From a virus: a DNA stretch of 40,479 nt. Shown piece after piece: positions 24,380 through 32,788 of this stretch. The notes beneath the pieces were generated by a model. It was not told where the DNA came from. It ran no database searches and saw only the letters and a list, made by a program, of their open reading frames with translations. A program made the position numbers and the translations under genes. The stretch is from positions 1-40,479 of the IMG/VR virus record IMGVR_UViG_2791355073_000002; one strand, given 5' to 3'. The number at the start of each line of letters is the position of its first letter. Within the stretch, counting starts at the first letter, position 1.

Positions 24380-25036
24380 CGTTGATCACCTCAACTGGCG
24401 GGTTCTGGAGGTAGGGGAACGCAGTCATGAGGAGCTCGACATCCTCCCAGCTGAACTCATCAAACTGTGCGGGCGAGAACCCGCAGTACATCAGGATGGC
24501 TCGTCCGAGGTGGGTTCGTCCGACGCGTCCTGCTTCCTGGCCGCGACACGCTCGGAGTAGCTCTTCCGACGCCCGTTTCCCAGGGTGTTCTCCTCGGTGA
24601 CTCGATTCGCGATCCACTGCGCGACGTACGGATCTGGTGTGTCGCGGACCGCTGCGATGCGGTCCTGGAGGTCGGCGTCGGCGTCGAGGAACGGCGCCTC
24701 GACGAGGCCAGCGCCGGCCCAGTAGTTGTCGAGCATCGCCTCGACGTCGACGTCGCGACCGGCGCGCTCGGCCTGCTCTTTCGCGCGGCTGATCAAGCCG
24801 GTGAGCTCTGCCTTCTCCCCGGGTGTGAACGCACGGATCGACCACGACGCGTCGGCGCCGTACTCGTCGAGCGCCTCCTCGAGGGCGAACATCTGCTGTT
24901 CGACCTCGCCGGCGAGCTGCTTGGCCTGCGCCGACGTAATCTCGCCGTCGACTTCGGCCTCCGCGATCGAGTCGAGCCGGTCGGCGAGACGGTCGGCCTC
25001 CGCTTCGAGGTCAAGTTCGATGATGTCGCGCGGCAT
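24372..25036 (-). CDS. Tail assembly chaperone, extended -1 frameshift product (gpGT-like, about 221 aa)
   Basis: CTG GGA AAC slippery heptamer leads into the open -1 frame GKRASEELL...MYCGFSPAQFDEFSWEDVELL. Confidence 0.75.
24491..25036 (-). CDS. Tail assembly chaperone (gpG-like, 181 aa)
   Basis: Between tail tube and tape measure; TGATG coupling. Confidence 0.8.
   Translation of the reverse strand: MPRDIIELDLEAEADRLADRLDSIAEAEVDGEITSAQAKQLAGEVEQQMFALEEALDEYGADASWSIRAFTPGEKAELTGLISRAKEQAERAGRDVDVEAMLDNYWAGAGLVEAPFLDADADLQDRIAAVRDTPDPYVAQWIANRVTEENTLGNGRRKSYSERVAARKQDASDEPTSDEPS
24575..24581 (-). promoter_or_regulatory. Programmed -1 ribosomal frameshift site G GGA AAC
   Basis: Correctly phased X XXY YYZ; TCGGA/TCCGA stem (24552-24569) 5 nt downstream. 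Confidence 0.75.
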
Positions 25037-25995
25037 CACTTCGCCTCCGCGGCCGCCGCTTCGGCGACCGCTGTCAGTCGGTCGATGATGAGGTCGTTGC
25101 CGTCGGTGAGGTCTTCCTCGGCGTTCCCGATGTTGTCCCACGAGTGGGTGGAGTGAGTGATCCCCTCCATCGGGAAGCGGAGCGCGTTCGCACCGGGCGA
25201 CTCGAAGGCGAGCTCGCCGTCGGCCGCACCGTCGACGGTGGTCGCCGGACCGTCAGCAGAACCGAGTCCGAGCTCGAGCAGGTCGGTGTCCATGACGACC
25301 GAGCTCAGGTTCAGCGTCGGCTCGGGGTTGCCGATCACGGCCGCATCGGGATGGCGTTCCCACCCACGCTGCGGGCGGGCGCCATTCGTGACCGACAGCG
25401 TCGCCGACTGTGGCCGCACGATCTCGGTTCCAGTCGGGATGTTGATCGACCCACCGTGGAAGATGAGCGGCGTCCCGTCCACCTTTGGCTGCGTGCCGGG
25501 AGTGAACGACGTGTTCGGCGTCTCGTCCCCGTAGAAGCCAGTTAGCGAGACGCTCACAGGGTCGCCGATAGAGATCTCGACGTCCATCTGGCTGAAGACA
25601 ACACCCTTGAGCGCTCGCTCGGCGAAGCCGTTGACAAGGTCGGCGCCGATATACCATCGCGCCGACTGCATCTCGCCTTGGACGAACTCCCACGTGTAGC
25701 TGTAGGGCTCCGACGACTCGCCGCCGGCAGTCGGCGGCTGCCCGAACACTTGGTTGAGGAACCACGGGTCGACAGCCTCGAACGACAGCGAGAACGCGCC
25801 GTCGAAGACGCCCTCGACCGTCTCCTCAGTCTCGTTGCTCCAGTTGCGCTGGCGGGTCTGGTCGTTGTCGAACTCCAGCGTGTCGATCGTCCCGTTTCGT
25901 CCCGGAGTCTTGTACTGCGAGTCCGACGGCGACCCGGCGTAGTCGCCGACCGGCTCGTGGACGAACGCGACGTCGACGTTACCGCCAGTGGTCAT
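25036..25995 (-). CDS. Major tail tube protein (319 aa)
   Basis: Position, size and beta-rich profile (VEGVFDGAFSLSF, FSQMDVEISIGDPVSVSLTG). Confidence 0.85.
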   Translation of the reverse strand: MTTGGNVDVAFVHEPVGDYAGSPSDSQYKTPGRNGTIDTLEFDNDQTRQRNWSNETEETVEGVFDGAFSLSFEAVDPWFLNQVFGQPPTAGGESSEPYSYTWEFVQGEMQSARWYIGADLVNGFAERALKGVVFSQMDVEISIGDPVSVSLTGFYGDETPNTSFTPGTQPKVDGTPLIFHGGSINIPTGTEIVRPQSATLSVTNGARPQRGWERHPDAAVIGNPEPTLNLSSVVMDTDLLELGLGSADGPATTVDGAADGELAFESPGANALRFPMEGITHSTHSWDNIGNAEEDLTDGNDLIIDRLTAVAEAAAAEAK

Positions 25996-26044
25996 CTGTA
26001 CCTCCGCCTCCGTCAGTCGTATTGTTTGGGAGTGTCATGGTGAA

Positions 26045-26566
26045 TCAGCTGTCCGCGTAGCCGTCGAGGCGGACGTCGACGCGGTAGTCGTAGAAGTCGG
26101 CGTAGTCGCGACTCCGGTTCGTCCCGTTCTCCAGAAACGCGGTGTGGAAGCCGCGCCCGGTGACCGCCGGGTGTTCGTCGTTCGCCTGGATCGCGTCCCG
26201 CACCAGCCGGTAAAGCGTCGTGAAGTCGATGCCGTCCTCGCCGTCCGGGTCGACGTGGCCGTGTTCGCGATGGGTGAGCCCCTCGACCCGCAGCGAGACG
26301 ATGGCCTCGGCGTTGTACTCGTCGCCGAACCCGCCGTGCGACTCGTCGTCGTCGACGAGCGCGGCACTGATGTAGTTCGACTTCTTGAGGTCGCCCTTCC
26401 GCTTCCGGACACCGCTGCCGTCGTAGATGTCCGACTCGTTGCGGTCGACCCGGCGGACAGGCACGGCGCCGTCGGGGACGTCGGCCACGCCGCCCCACGC
26501 GAGCGCCGTGCCGTCGGTGATCGACGCGATGGTGTCGAACACCCACTGCGTCTCGGGCGCCGTCAC
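26045..26566 (-). CDS. Tail terminator/completion protein (173 aa)
   Basis: Directly upstream of tail tube; ends YDYRVDVRLDGY. Confidence 0.65.
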   Translation of the reverse strand: MTAPETQWVFDTIASITDGTALAWGGVADVPDGAVPVRRVDRNESDIYDGSGVRKRKGDLKKSNYISAALVDDDESHGGFGDEYNAEAIVSLRVEGLTHREHGHVDPDGEDGIDFTTLYRLVRDAIQANDEHPAVTGRGFHTAFLENGTNRSRDYADFYDYRVDVRLDGYADS

Positions 26567-27024
26567 GAGGCCACCTCGCGCCGCAGCCAGTCGAGTGCGT
26601 GCCGCGCGAAGCGCGTCTCGCGAACGCCGGCGACCTCGACCTCCGGGAGGAACACGCGGTAGCCGCCGCCCTCGCGCTCGTACTCTTCGGCGACCCAGTC
26701 CGGCGGGTTGTGGCGGTCCTCCCAGATGAACGAGAGGATCGGGTCACCCTCGATGGTGTGGTCCGACGTCCCCCACTCGAGGTACGGCGCCGCTTCGTGG
26801 TCCCAGCCGAACCGGATCGTGAAGTGCCGGTCGGACTGCTCGATGATCTCCGGGCCCTGAAGCGAGTCGATGACGCTCTCGATGCGGTAGTCGAACTCGC
26901 GAGCGTACTCGCGAAGCCGCTCGTGGGCGGCCTCGATGGCACCCGAGATGAGTCCGTCGTTGCCGAGGTACTCCACGGCCGCCTGGTCAAGCGCGGCCTC
27001 GGCGGCGGCGTCTTCCCAGCTCAT
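26563..27024 (-). CDS. Neck protein, HK97 gp10-like (153 aa)
   Basis: AAPYLEWGTSDH...VAGVRETRFARHAL motif. Confidence 0.8.
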   Translation of the reverse strand: MSWEDAAAEAALDQAAVEYLGNDGLISGAIEAAHERLREYAREFDYRIESVIDSLQGPEIIEQSDRHFTIRFGWDHEAAPYLEWGTSDHTIEGDPILSFIWEDRHNPPDWVAEEYEREGGGYRVFLPEVEVAGVRETRFARHALDWLRREVAS

Positions 27025-27368
27025 CAGTTACCCCCGCTGGTGCCGCCGCGGAGCTCGCGAAACGCCCGGACGTTCTCCGGGCCGATGACGTACACGACCG
27101 TGCCGCCCCACGCGAGGATGAGCGCGCTGAGCAGCGCGGCGCCGACGTCGGTGCCGACGGTGAGCGCCCACGCCGGGAAGCCGAGCCCGTAGACGAGCAC
27201 CCAGATGGTCGACAGCCATCGCCACCGGTAGTCGGTCTCCGTGGTGACCGCGCCGTCGTCGACGTCGTCGGTGTCGCCGCCGAGCTCTGCTCCCGACGAC
27301 TCGAACTCGCTGTCGGCCGCAGCCTCGGCGGCGCTTTGCTCCTCGACGTCGTCCTGGTCGTCAGTCAT
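27024..27368 (-). CDS. Two-TM membrane protein with acidic N-terminus (114 aa), holin-like candidate
   Basis: Start re-assigned to MTDDQDD; two hydrophobic helices; overlaps both neighbours. Confidence 0.75.
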   Translation of the reverse strand: MTDDQDDVEEQSAAEAAADSEFESSGAELGGDTDDVDDGAVTTETDYRWRWLSTIWVLVYGLGFPAWALTVGTDVGAALLSALILAWGGTVVYVIGPENVRAFRELRGGTSGGN

Positions 27369-28113
27369 CGTTGTACTTGCCCCCGTACTCTTCGAGCAGC
27401 TCGTCGGCCTTCTCGCGTATCTTCTCGGCCTTCGTCTCGGTGTTGTACACCGTCGCGTTGCTCGGGATCTCGATGACGGCCTCCTCGACGAGCTCGGCGC
27501 CGGCGCGGAGTGCGACGGCCCGACGGACGGCCTGCGGGATGCCCTCGTGCCCGTAGTCGAAGTCGACGTACACGACGTTCGCGAACGAGTCGACGATCGG
27601 CTCGCCGTCCTCGTCAAGGAAGTTCTGCGAGTCGATGTAGAGGTGCGAGACGCCGCCGTTGTTGATGCGAAGGAAGTAGTCCTCACCGACCGCCTCAGGC
27701 CACTGTCCGCCGGTGTACTCGTCGCTGGAGACCCAGTCGGTGTACGAGCCGTCTTCGCCTTGGACGAGGAGCTTGTTGATCTGCTTTGCGTAGTTGCGGC
27801 CGAGTTCGATCCGCGTGTACGGCCCCTGCCACGTCTTCGGTGTGGTAGGCTCGCCGGAGAGGCTGACCCCGCCGGTCGGGATCGACTCCTCGTCGTCACG
27901 TGTCTTCGGCTCGGTCGGGATGGTAACCTCGCTGGCTTCGTCGATACCAGTCGGTTCGTAGAAGTGGCGCTTCAGCCGGCGCTGGAGTGGCTCGGTCTCC
28001 GCCGTGATCGCGTCGACGGCGATCTGCGGATCCTGTTCGGCGTCGCCGGGGAGGCCGGCCTCCCGCAGCGCTCGCCGCAGGTCATCGAGCGTACAGTAGC
28101 CGACCTCGCTCAT
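27361..28113 (-). CDS. Head-tail adaptor (250 aa)
   Basis: N-terminal YCTLDDL and C-terminal IPQAVRRAVALRAGAELV helix motifs. Confidence 0.8.
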   Translation of the reverse strand: MSEVGYCTLDDLRRALREAGLPGDAEQDPQIAVDAITAETEPLQRRLKRHFYEPTGIDEASEVTIPTEPKTRDDEESIPTGGVSLSGEPTTPKTWQGPYTRIELGRNYAKQINKLLVQGEDGSYTDWVSSDEYTGGQWPEAVGEDYFLRINNGGVSHLYIDSQNFLDEDGEPIVDSFANVVYVDFDYGHEGIPQAVRRAVALRAGAELVEEAVIEIPSNATVYNTETKAEKIREKADELLEEYGGKYNDD

Positions 28114-28116
28114 CGG

Positions 28117-28485
28117 TTACGCCTCCAGCTCGGCGCGACGCTCGCCGACGGCGTCCTGGACGGTCGTCGCGGACTCCGCCTCGGCGATGGCGTCCAGGTG
28201 CTCGTCGTGCTCGCCGTCGCGGACCTCCTCCGCGCGCTCCTGGTAGTGGTTGTCGTCGATCCAGCCGTCGACGTCGAAGCCGTCGGGCTCCGCGTCGGTG
28301 TCGTCGTCGGAGCTCTCGCTCGAGTCGGACTCCGCCGCCGGTGCGTCGCCGCCGACGCGACCGAAGGTATCCTTCTCGCAGAGGTACTCGGCCAGCCCCT
28401 CGTCGACGTCAACGATGTCGCCCTCCTCGAACTGGTGACCACTCGTTCGGTAGCGGCCACCACCACTGTAGTGGACTCGGACCAT
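28117..28485 (-). CDS. Small post-capsid protein (122 aa), packaging/assembly accessory by position
   Basis: Two small domains joined by acidic linker, directly after the capsid gene. Confidence 0.7.
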   Translation of the reverse strand: MVRVHYSGGGRYRTSGHQFEEGDIVDVDEGLAEYLCEKDTFGRVGGDAPAAESDSSESSDDDTDAEPDGFDVDGWIDDNHYQERAEEVRDGEHDEHLDAIAEAESATTVQDAVGERRAELEA

Positions 28486-28490
28486 TCAGA

Positions 28491-29459
28491 TCACTCCGCG
28501 ATGCCGGTAATGAGGACGGCCGCCTCGGGCGCCTCGACGGCGAAGTCGTCGCGGACCCGCATGAAGTAGCGGGCGAAGAGGTCGTTCTCGGCGACCTTGT
28601 CCGTGTCCGTCAGCACACGGATCTCGACGTCGTCGTAGAGCCCGTAGATGAAGTTCTGCGGGTGAGTGAACACGGCGGTGTCCTTGGGCCAGTTGGCGAC
28701 GCCGACGACGTCGTAGTCGAACGGCGTGGCCTCGTCGTCGCCCATCAGCACAGCGGCCCCGAGCGGGTCGTTCCGCTGCGCGAGGTCGTTGTGGTAGTTC
28801 TGGAGCTGATCGAGGTTCATGTAGAACCGCGGGTCCGTCCGACCGCTCCGGAGGTACTTGTTCGGCATCGCGAGGATGGACGCGTTGAACAGCTCCGTGT
28901 TGACCGGCTGGGCGGTGCCGCCACCGTCCGTGTGGTCGTAGGTGTTGACGTCCGCGTCGTTCTGGAGGATCTTCAGCCAGCCGTCGTTCTGGTTGAGGAA
29001 GGCGTCGGCGTCGGCCTCGTCGCCGTTGATGCCGAGGTCCTGCGTGTCAATGGCGAACTGCCGCGCCAGCATGTCGAGGATGATCTCGTCGACGTTGTCG
29101 ACGGTGTCGTCGACGGCCTCGCGCGTCAGGTCGTAGGAGACCGTCGCCTTCTCGACGTCCATCGGGACCTGTGAGGTGCTCACCGATGCGTTGCCGGCGT
29201 CGCCCTCGCCCTCCGAGGCACCGCGCCGCTGGCGCTCGCCGACGGAGATCTTCGGGATCGCCATCTTCTGCCGGGGGAGGTCCTCGGTGCGAGCGTCCTC
29301 CAGCATCATGGCGATGTCCTGAACAGCCTGGTAGAACTGTTCAAAAAGGTCGCGGGGGAGGACGCCGCCGGCGACGTCGGTCGTGTCGAACTTCGAAGCT
29401 GCGCCTTCGTTCTTCTCCCGGGTCCGGTCGATCGTGCTGCTGGTGTCAGTCTGACTCAT
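28491..29459 (-). CDS. Major capsid protein, HK97 fold (322 aa)
   Basis: GGVLPRDLFEQF, LGINGD...LNQNDGWLK motifs; position. Confidence 0.93.
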   Translation of the reverse strand: MSQTDTSSTIDRTREKNEGAASKFDTTDVAGGVLPRDLFEQFYQAVQDIAMMLEDARTEDLPRQKMAIPKISVGERQRRGASEGEGDAGNASVSTSQVPMDVEKATVSYDLTREAVDDTVDNVDEIILDMLARQFAIDTQDLGINGDEADADAFLNQNDGWLKILQNDADVNTYDHTDGGGTAQPVNTELFNASILAMPNKYLRSGRTDPRFYMNLDQLQNYHNDLAQRNDPLGAAVLMGDDEATPFDYDVVGVANWPKDTAVFTHPQNFIYGLYDDVEIRVLTDTDKVAENDLFARYFMRVRDDFAVEAPEAAVLITGIAE

Positions 29460-30712
29460 CAGTTACCACCCGCCTTCCGCGGGTCGAGGGTGAAGCCGCT
29501 GTTCTTGTCGTCGCCACCGCTGGCGCCCTTCTCCGTGCCGCCGAGCTGCTGGGACTCGGTCGCCCCAGTCTGCTTCGAGATCGCGTCGATGCGCTCGGCG
29601 TTCTTGTCCTGGTTCTCCTTCAGCTCTTTCGCCCACTCAGGGGCGTCGGCGAAGGGGTCGTCGTCATCAGGGTCGACGTCCTTCTCCTCGAGGGCCTCGT
29701 CGATCCGCTTGCTGTTCTCCTCCTGTCCGTCCCGCAGCTCCTTCGCCCACTGCGGGGCGCCGTCGAATGGGTCGTCGTTCTCGTTGCTCATGGTGTCAGA
29801 GTCGTCGGCGGACTTCGAGCCGCCGTCGTCATCGGCCGGCGTGTCGCCGCCGGCAGCGTTCTTGTCGTCTTGTTCGTCGGGGTCGTCGCGACCAGCCGCC
29901 TTCGCGTCCGGGCGGCCCGCAGCGGACGGGTCATCCCGGAGCCGCAGCACGTCGCGGACAGCCTTGCCGAGCCGGGTGAACGCCGACTGCTTGCCCGGGT
30001 CGCCGGCGCCCTCGACGTCGATCGCGCGATGAAGCACGTCCCACATGCGCTCGGCTTCGCCCTCGGTGTGGCCGCGCTCCATCGCCTCTGCGATGAAGTC
30101 GTCGCGGTTGCCGAGGTGGTCGCCGAGGCGCTTCGCGGCCGCGCCCTTCGTCGCGAGGATCTGCGCGTCCGGGACTGCTGGGTAGTCCACGCTGGAGACC
30201 TCGCGAACGAGGCCGGCCTGAAGTTCCCAGACCGGCTGCTCGTCGCCATAGTCCTCCGCTCGGTCGACGTCCTCGGGCACCTCGTCCGGGTACATCGGGT
30301 TCGACCACGAGACGTCGACGGCGCCGATCGAGTGGCCGCCGACCACGCCGTCGGAGATGAGGCCCCAGAGTTCGTCGTCGTTGTACTTCCAGGCCTGAAC
30401 CCACGCGCCGGCCTCGACGGTCTCGCCGCCGATCTCTTCGGCCTCGTCAAGGACCTCGTTGCGTTCGAGTTCCATCCAGTCGGACGGCCACGCGGCATGC
30501 ATGATGCCGCCGTCGGCCTCGCCCGCCTCGAGGAAGTTCTCGAACTGCGTGGCCCACTCGCGAAGGAGGTCCTCGCGGATGAAATCGCCTTGGAGGTCGA
30601 CCTTGCCCGGGACCATCACGACCCCGGCCGCGATCTGCTCGTCTTCGTCCTTCGCGATGTAGTCGACCCGCTTGCGCATGGTCGACTGGTTCGCCTTACT
30701 CAGCGGCGGCAC
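29459..30712 (-). CDS. Prohead serine protease (XkdF-like) with C-terminal scaffold region
   Basis: GVVMVPGKVDLQGD, GIMH, GAWVQAWK, ISDGVVGGHSIG; acidic coiled C-terminus. Confidence 0.88.
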   Translation of the reverse strand: MPPLSKANQSTMRKRVDYIAKDEDEQIAAGVVMVPGKVDLQGDFIREDLLREWATQFENFLEAGEADGGIMHAAWPSDWMELERNEVLDEAEEIGGETVEAGAWVQAWKYNDDELWGLISDGVVGGHSIGAVDVSWSNPMYPDEVPEDVDRAEDYGDEQPVWELQAGLVREVSSVDYPAVPDAQILATKGAAAKRLGDHLGNRDDFIAEAMERGHTEGEAERMWDVLHRAIDVEGAGDPGKQSAFTRLGKAVRDVLRLRDDPSAAGRPDAKAAGRDDPDEQDDKNAAGGDTPADDDGGSKSADDSDTMSNENDDPFDGAPQWAKELRDGQEENSKRIDEALEEKDVDPDDDDPFADAPEWAKELKENQDKNAERIDAISKQTGATESQQLGGTEKGASGGDDKNSGFTLDPRKAGGN

Positions 30713-30715
30713 GGG

Positions 30716-30835
30716 TCAGCCCTCGCTCTCGTCATCGTCGGCGGCGTCGGCGTCGGCGTCCTTGTCGAGCTCCTTGGCACGACCGGTTCCGAGGACGCCG
30801 CGCTTCTCGCCGCGCTCTGTGTTCTTGTCGCTCAT
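30716..30835 (-). CDS. Small hypothetical protein (39 aa)
   Basis: MSDKNTERGEK...; ends 3 nt before the protease start. Confidence 0.5.
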   Translation of the reverse strand: MSDKNTERGEKRGVLGTGRAKELDKDADADAADDDESEG

Positions 30836-30924
30836 GATGTCGGTCTCGTAGAATCGCTCCCGGTCGTACCTCGCTTGCGTGGGGAGTCGGGTCGCTCCCA
30901 CGCTAACGGTCATCGGCAGGCGGC

Positions 30925-32787
30925 TTAGATCTCGCTGGGGACGTCGTCCGGCACCTCGCCGGGATCGGGAGTCGGACCCTCTGGCAGCCGCTCGTGGTTG
31001 TTGGTGATCTCGAGGTAGCCGTACTCCAGCCGGATGTTGGCGTAGTGGTACGACCCCGCCGACGGGGCGTTGACGAGGTCGTTCCACACGGTTACCGGGA
31101 CGTCGACGTACACGTACAGCGAGTTCTGCCCGTCGGCGCGCTTGAACGAGAGGTACAGCTCGTTCTCGCCGAAGTCATAGAGGCCCTCGTCGAGGTTCGA
31201 GGAGCTGAACGTCGTCTGCTCGATCGGGTCCTTGTCGACGTCGATGTCGATGCTGGCCCGCTCCCCGATCTTGTTCTCACGCGGTGGCGCCGCCTTGGCT
31301 CGCATGGCTTCGGCCTCGTCGCCGCCGGTGCCGTCGGCGCCGAACTCAGTCTCGAACTCTTGGAGCGTCATCTCGCCGCGCTCGTCGTCGAACGGCTCCA
31401 GCCCGAGCTCCTCACGTGCCTCGTTGACGGTGCCGACGCCGGCGAGACGCATCGCCCGGACGCGCTGCTCGGCCAGCTGCGCCTCCTCCTTCTTGTTGTC
31501 CCCGCCGCGAAGCTCGAAGTCGATCGTCCAGTCGTCGACGCCGAGCGCCTGCTGGTGAAGGATGGTGTAGAGTCGGGACTCGAACTTCGCCTGCTCCGGG
31601 GCGATGACGTCGTTCGCGAACTCTTGGACCTGCGCCTCGGAGTTCGACCGGTTGGACGTCGAGGTCACGTTGATGAGGATCGGCGGGACCTCGTGGACCT
31701 TCGCGATCTCGTGCTCGTTCCGCTCGCGGAAGGCCTGGAACTCCATATCGAGGTCTTCCCGCGAGCCGACAGGGACAAGCTCGATCTCGACATCGGAGTC
31801 GTCTAGTTCGTTCTTCTTGAACTCCTCCACCTCGAGCAGCGCGGTCCGATACCGGCTCCCCTTCAGGTTATCCATCAGCTCCCGGAGCTCTTGCTTGGAG
31901 TCCTCGGTGAGCGTCCCGCCGGTCACCTTGATGACGTAGAACGGGACGCCGAGGTTGTCGAACACGTCGTGGTTCCACTCCTTCGCCGCCTGGTCCGCGC
32001 CCATCGTCTGCATCGCGGCGACCCAGTCGGGGACGCCATAGTACAGCGCGAGCGGCGACGGGTTCGGGATGAAAATCAATTCGTTCGCCGGCCCGTTCGG
32101 GAGCTCACTCGCGTCGCTCGCGACCTCGCCCGTCTCCTTGTCAACGAACGTCGGGTCGTCGCCATACCGGTCGCCGGCCTCGCCGAAGTACCGGCGCCGG
32201 CCCTGTCGAATCTGGACGTAGCCATGGCCGCTCTCGATGACATCGTCGGCATCCTCGCGTTCCTCGACTGTCGTCTTCCGAACACGGACGGTCGCCGCCG
32301 GCACGTGGGCGAGTCCGACCGGCGAGCCGTCCCCCTCGACGAGGATCTCCAGCGACGTCCACCCGATGCCGTGGTAGTCCTGCCGCCCGAGTTCGAGGAC
32401 CTCCTCGGGCGTCGACATCGCCGTGCCCTCTGGCCCGACCTGCCACCGCGAGTCGGAACCGTACCAGAAGTCGCGAACGCTCTGATACCCCTCGCCATCC
32501 TCGCTAGGCGAGTCCGCGCTCGGGTGCGGGACGATGTCAAAGCCGTAGCCCGCTTCGTATCGGGCTTTCTTGCGGACGCACGCCTGGTGCGTCTCGTTGA
32601 GCTCTTGGAACGCCGCCAGCGTCTCGGGGTTGTACGGCGGCTGGATGCCACGCCCGACGTCGGTGGCGATGTGGCGCTCGTCCAGTTGCGTCGTCTCCTC
32701 GGCCTTGGACATCGTCGACTGGTTGCCCAGCGTGTCGACCGTCAGGCCGATCTCATCGCTCCCGTCGTCGGTGGTGTCGTCGGTCAT
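30925..32787 (-). CDS. Portal protein with C-terminal KTSC-like domain (620 aa)
   Basis: YYGVPDW, HEVPPILI, TVNEAREELGLEP portal motifs; then SSSNLDEGLYD...YVYVDVP...LVNAPSAGSYHY. Confidence 0.9.
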   Translation of the reverse strand: MTDDTTDDGSDEIGLTVDTLGNQSTMSKAEETTQLDERHIATDVGRGIQPPYNPETLAAFQELNETHQACVRKKARYEAGYGFDIVPHPSADSPSEDGEGYQSVRDFWYGSDSRWQVGPEGTAMSTPEEVLELGRQDYHGIGWTSLEILVEGDGSPVGLAHVPAATVRVRKTTVEEREDADDVIESGHGYVQIRQGRRRYFGEAGDRYGDDPTFVDKETGEVASDASELPNGPANELIFIPNPSPLALYYGVPDWVAAMQTMGADQAAKEWNHDVFDNLGVPFYVIKVTGGTLTEDSKQELRELMDNLKGSRYRTALLEVEEFKKNELDDSDVEIELVPVGSREDLDMEFQAFRERNEHEIAKVHEVPPILINVTSTSNRSNSEAQVQEFANDVIAPEQAKFESRLYTILHQQALGVDDWTIDFELRGGDNKKEEAQLAEQRVRAMRLAGVGTVNEAREELGLEPFDDERGEMTLQEFETEFGADGTGGDEAEAMRAKAAPPRENKIGERASIDIDVDKDPIEQTTFSSSNLDEGLYDFGENELYLSFKRADGQNSLYVYVDVPVTVWNDLVNAPSAGSYHYANIRLEYGYLEITNNHERLPEGPTPDPGEVPDDVPSEI

Positions 32788-32788
32788 G

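Noticed and set aside
27024-27899. 291-aa ORF
   Set aside because: Only the last 114 aa are protein-like; the rest is an alternative frame of the adaptor gene
30877-30903. Hairpin GCGTGGG(G)AG/CTCCCACGC between portal and protease genes
   Set aside because: Single GC-rich stem without a U-tract; cannot be told from chance or an ordinary mRNA stabiliser
29171-30928. 585-aa plus-strand ORF (also 31891-32892, 32972-33868, 15544-17721, 27241-28569, 37792-38841)
   Set aside because: Shadows of structural or replication genes with clear motifs on the minus strand
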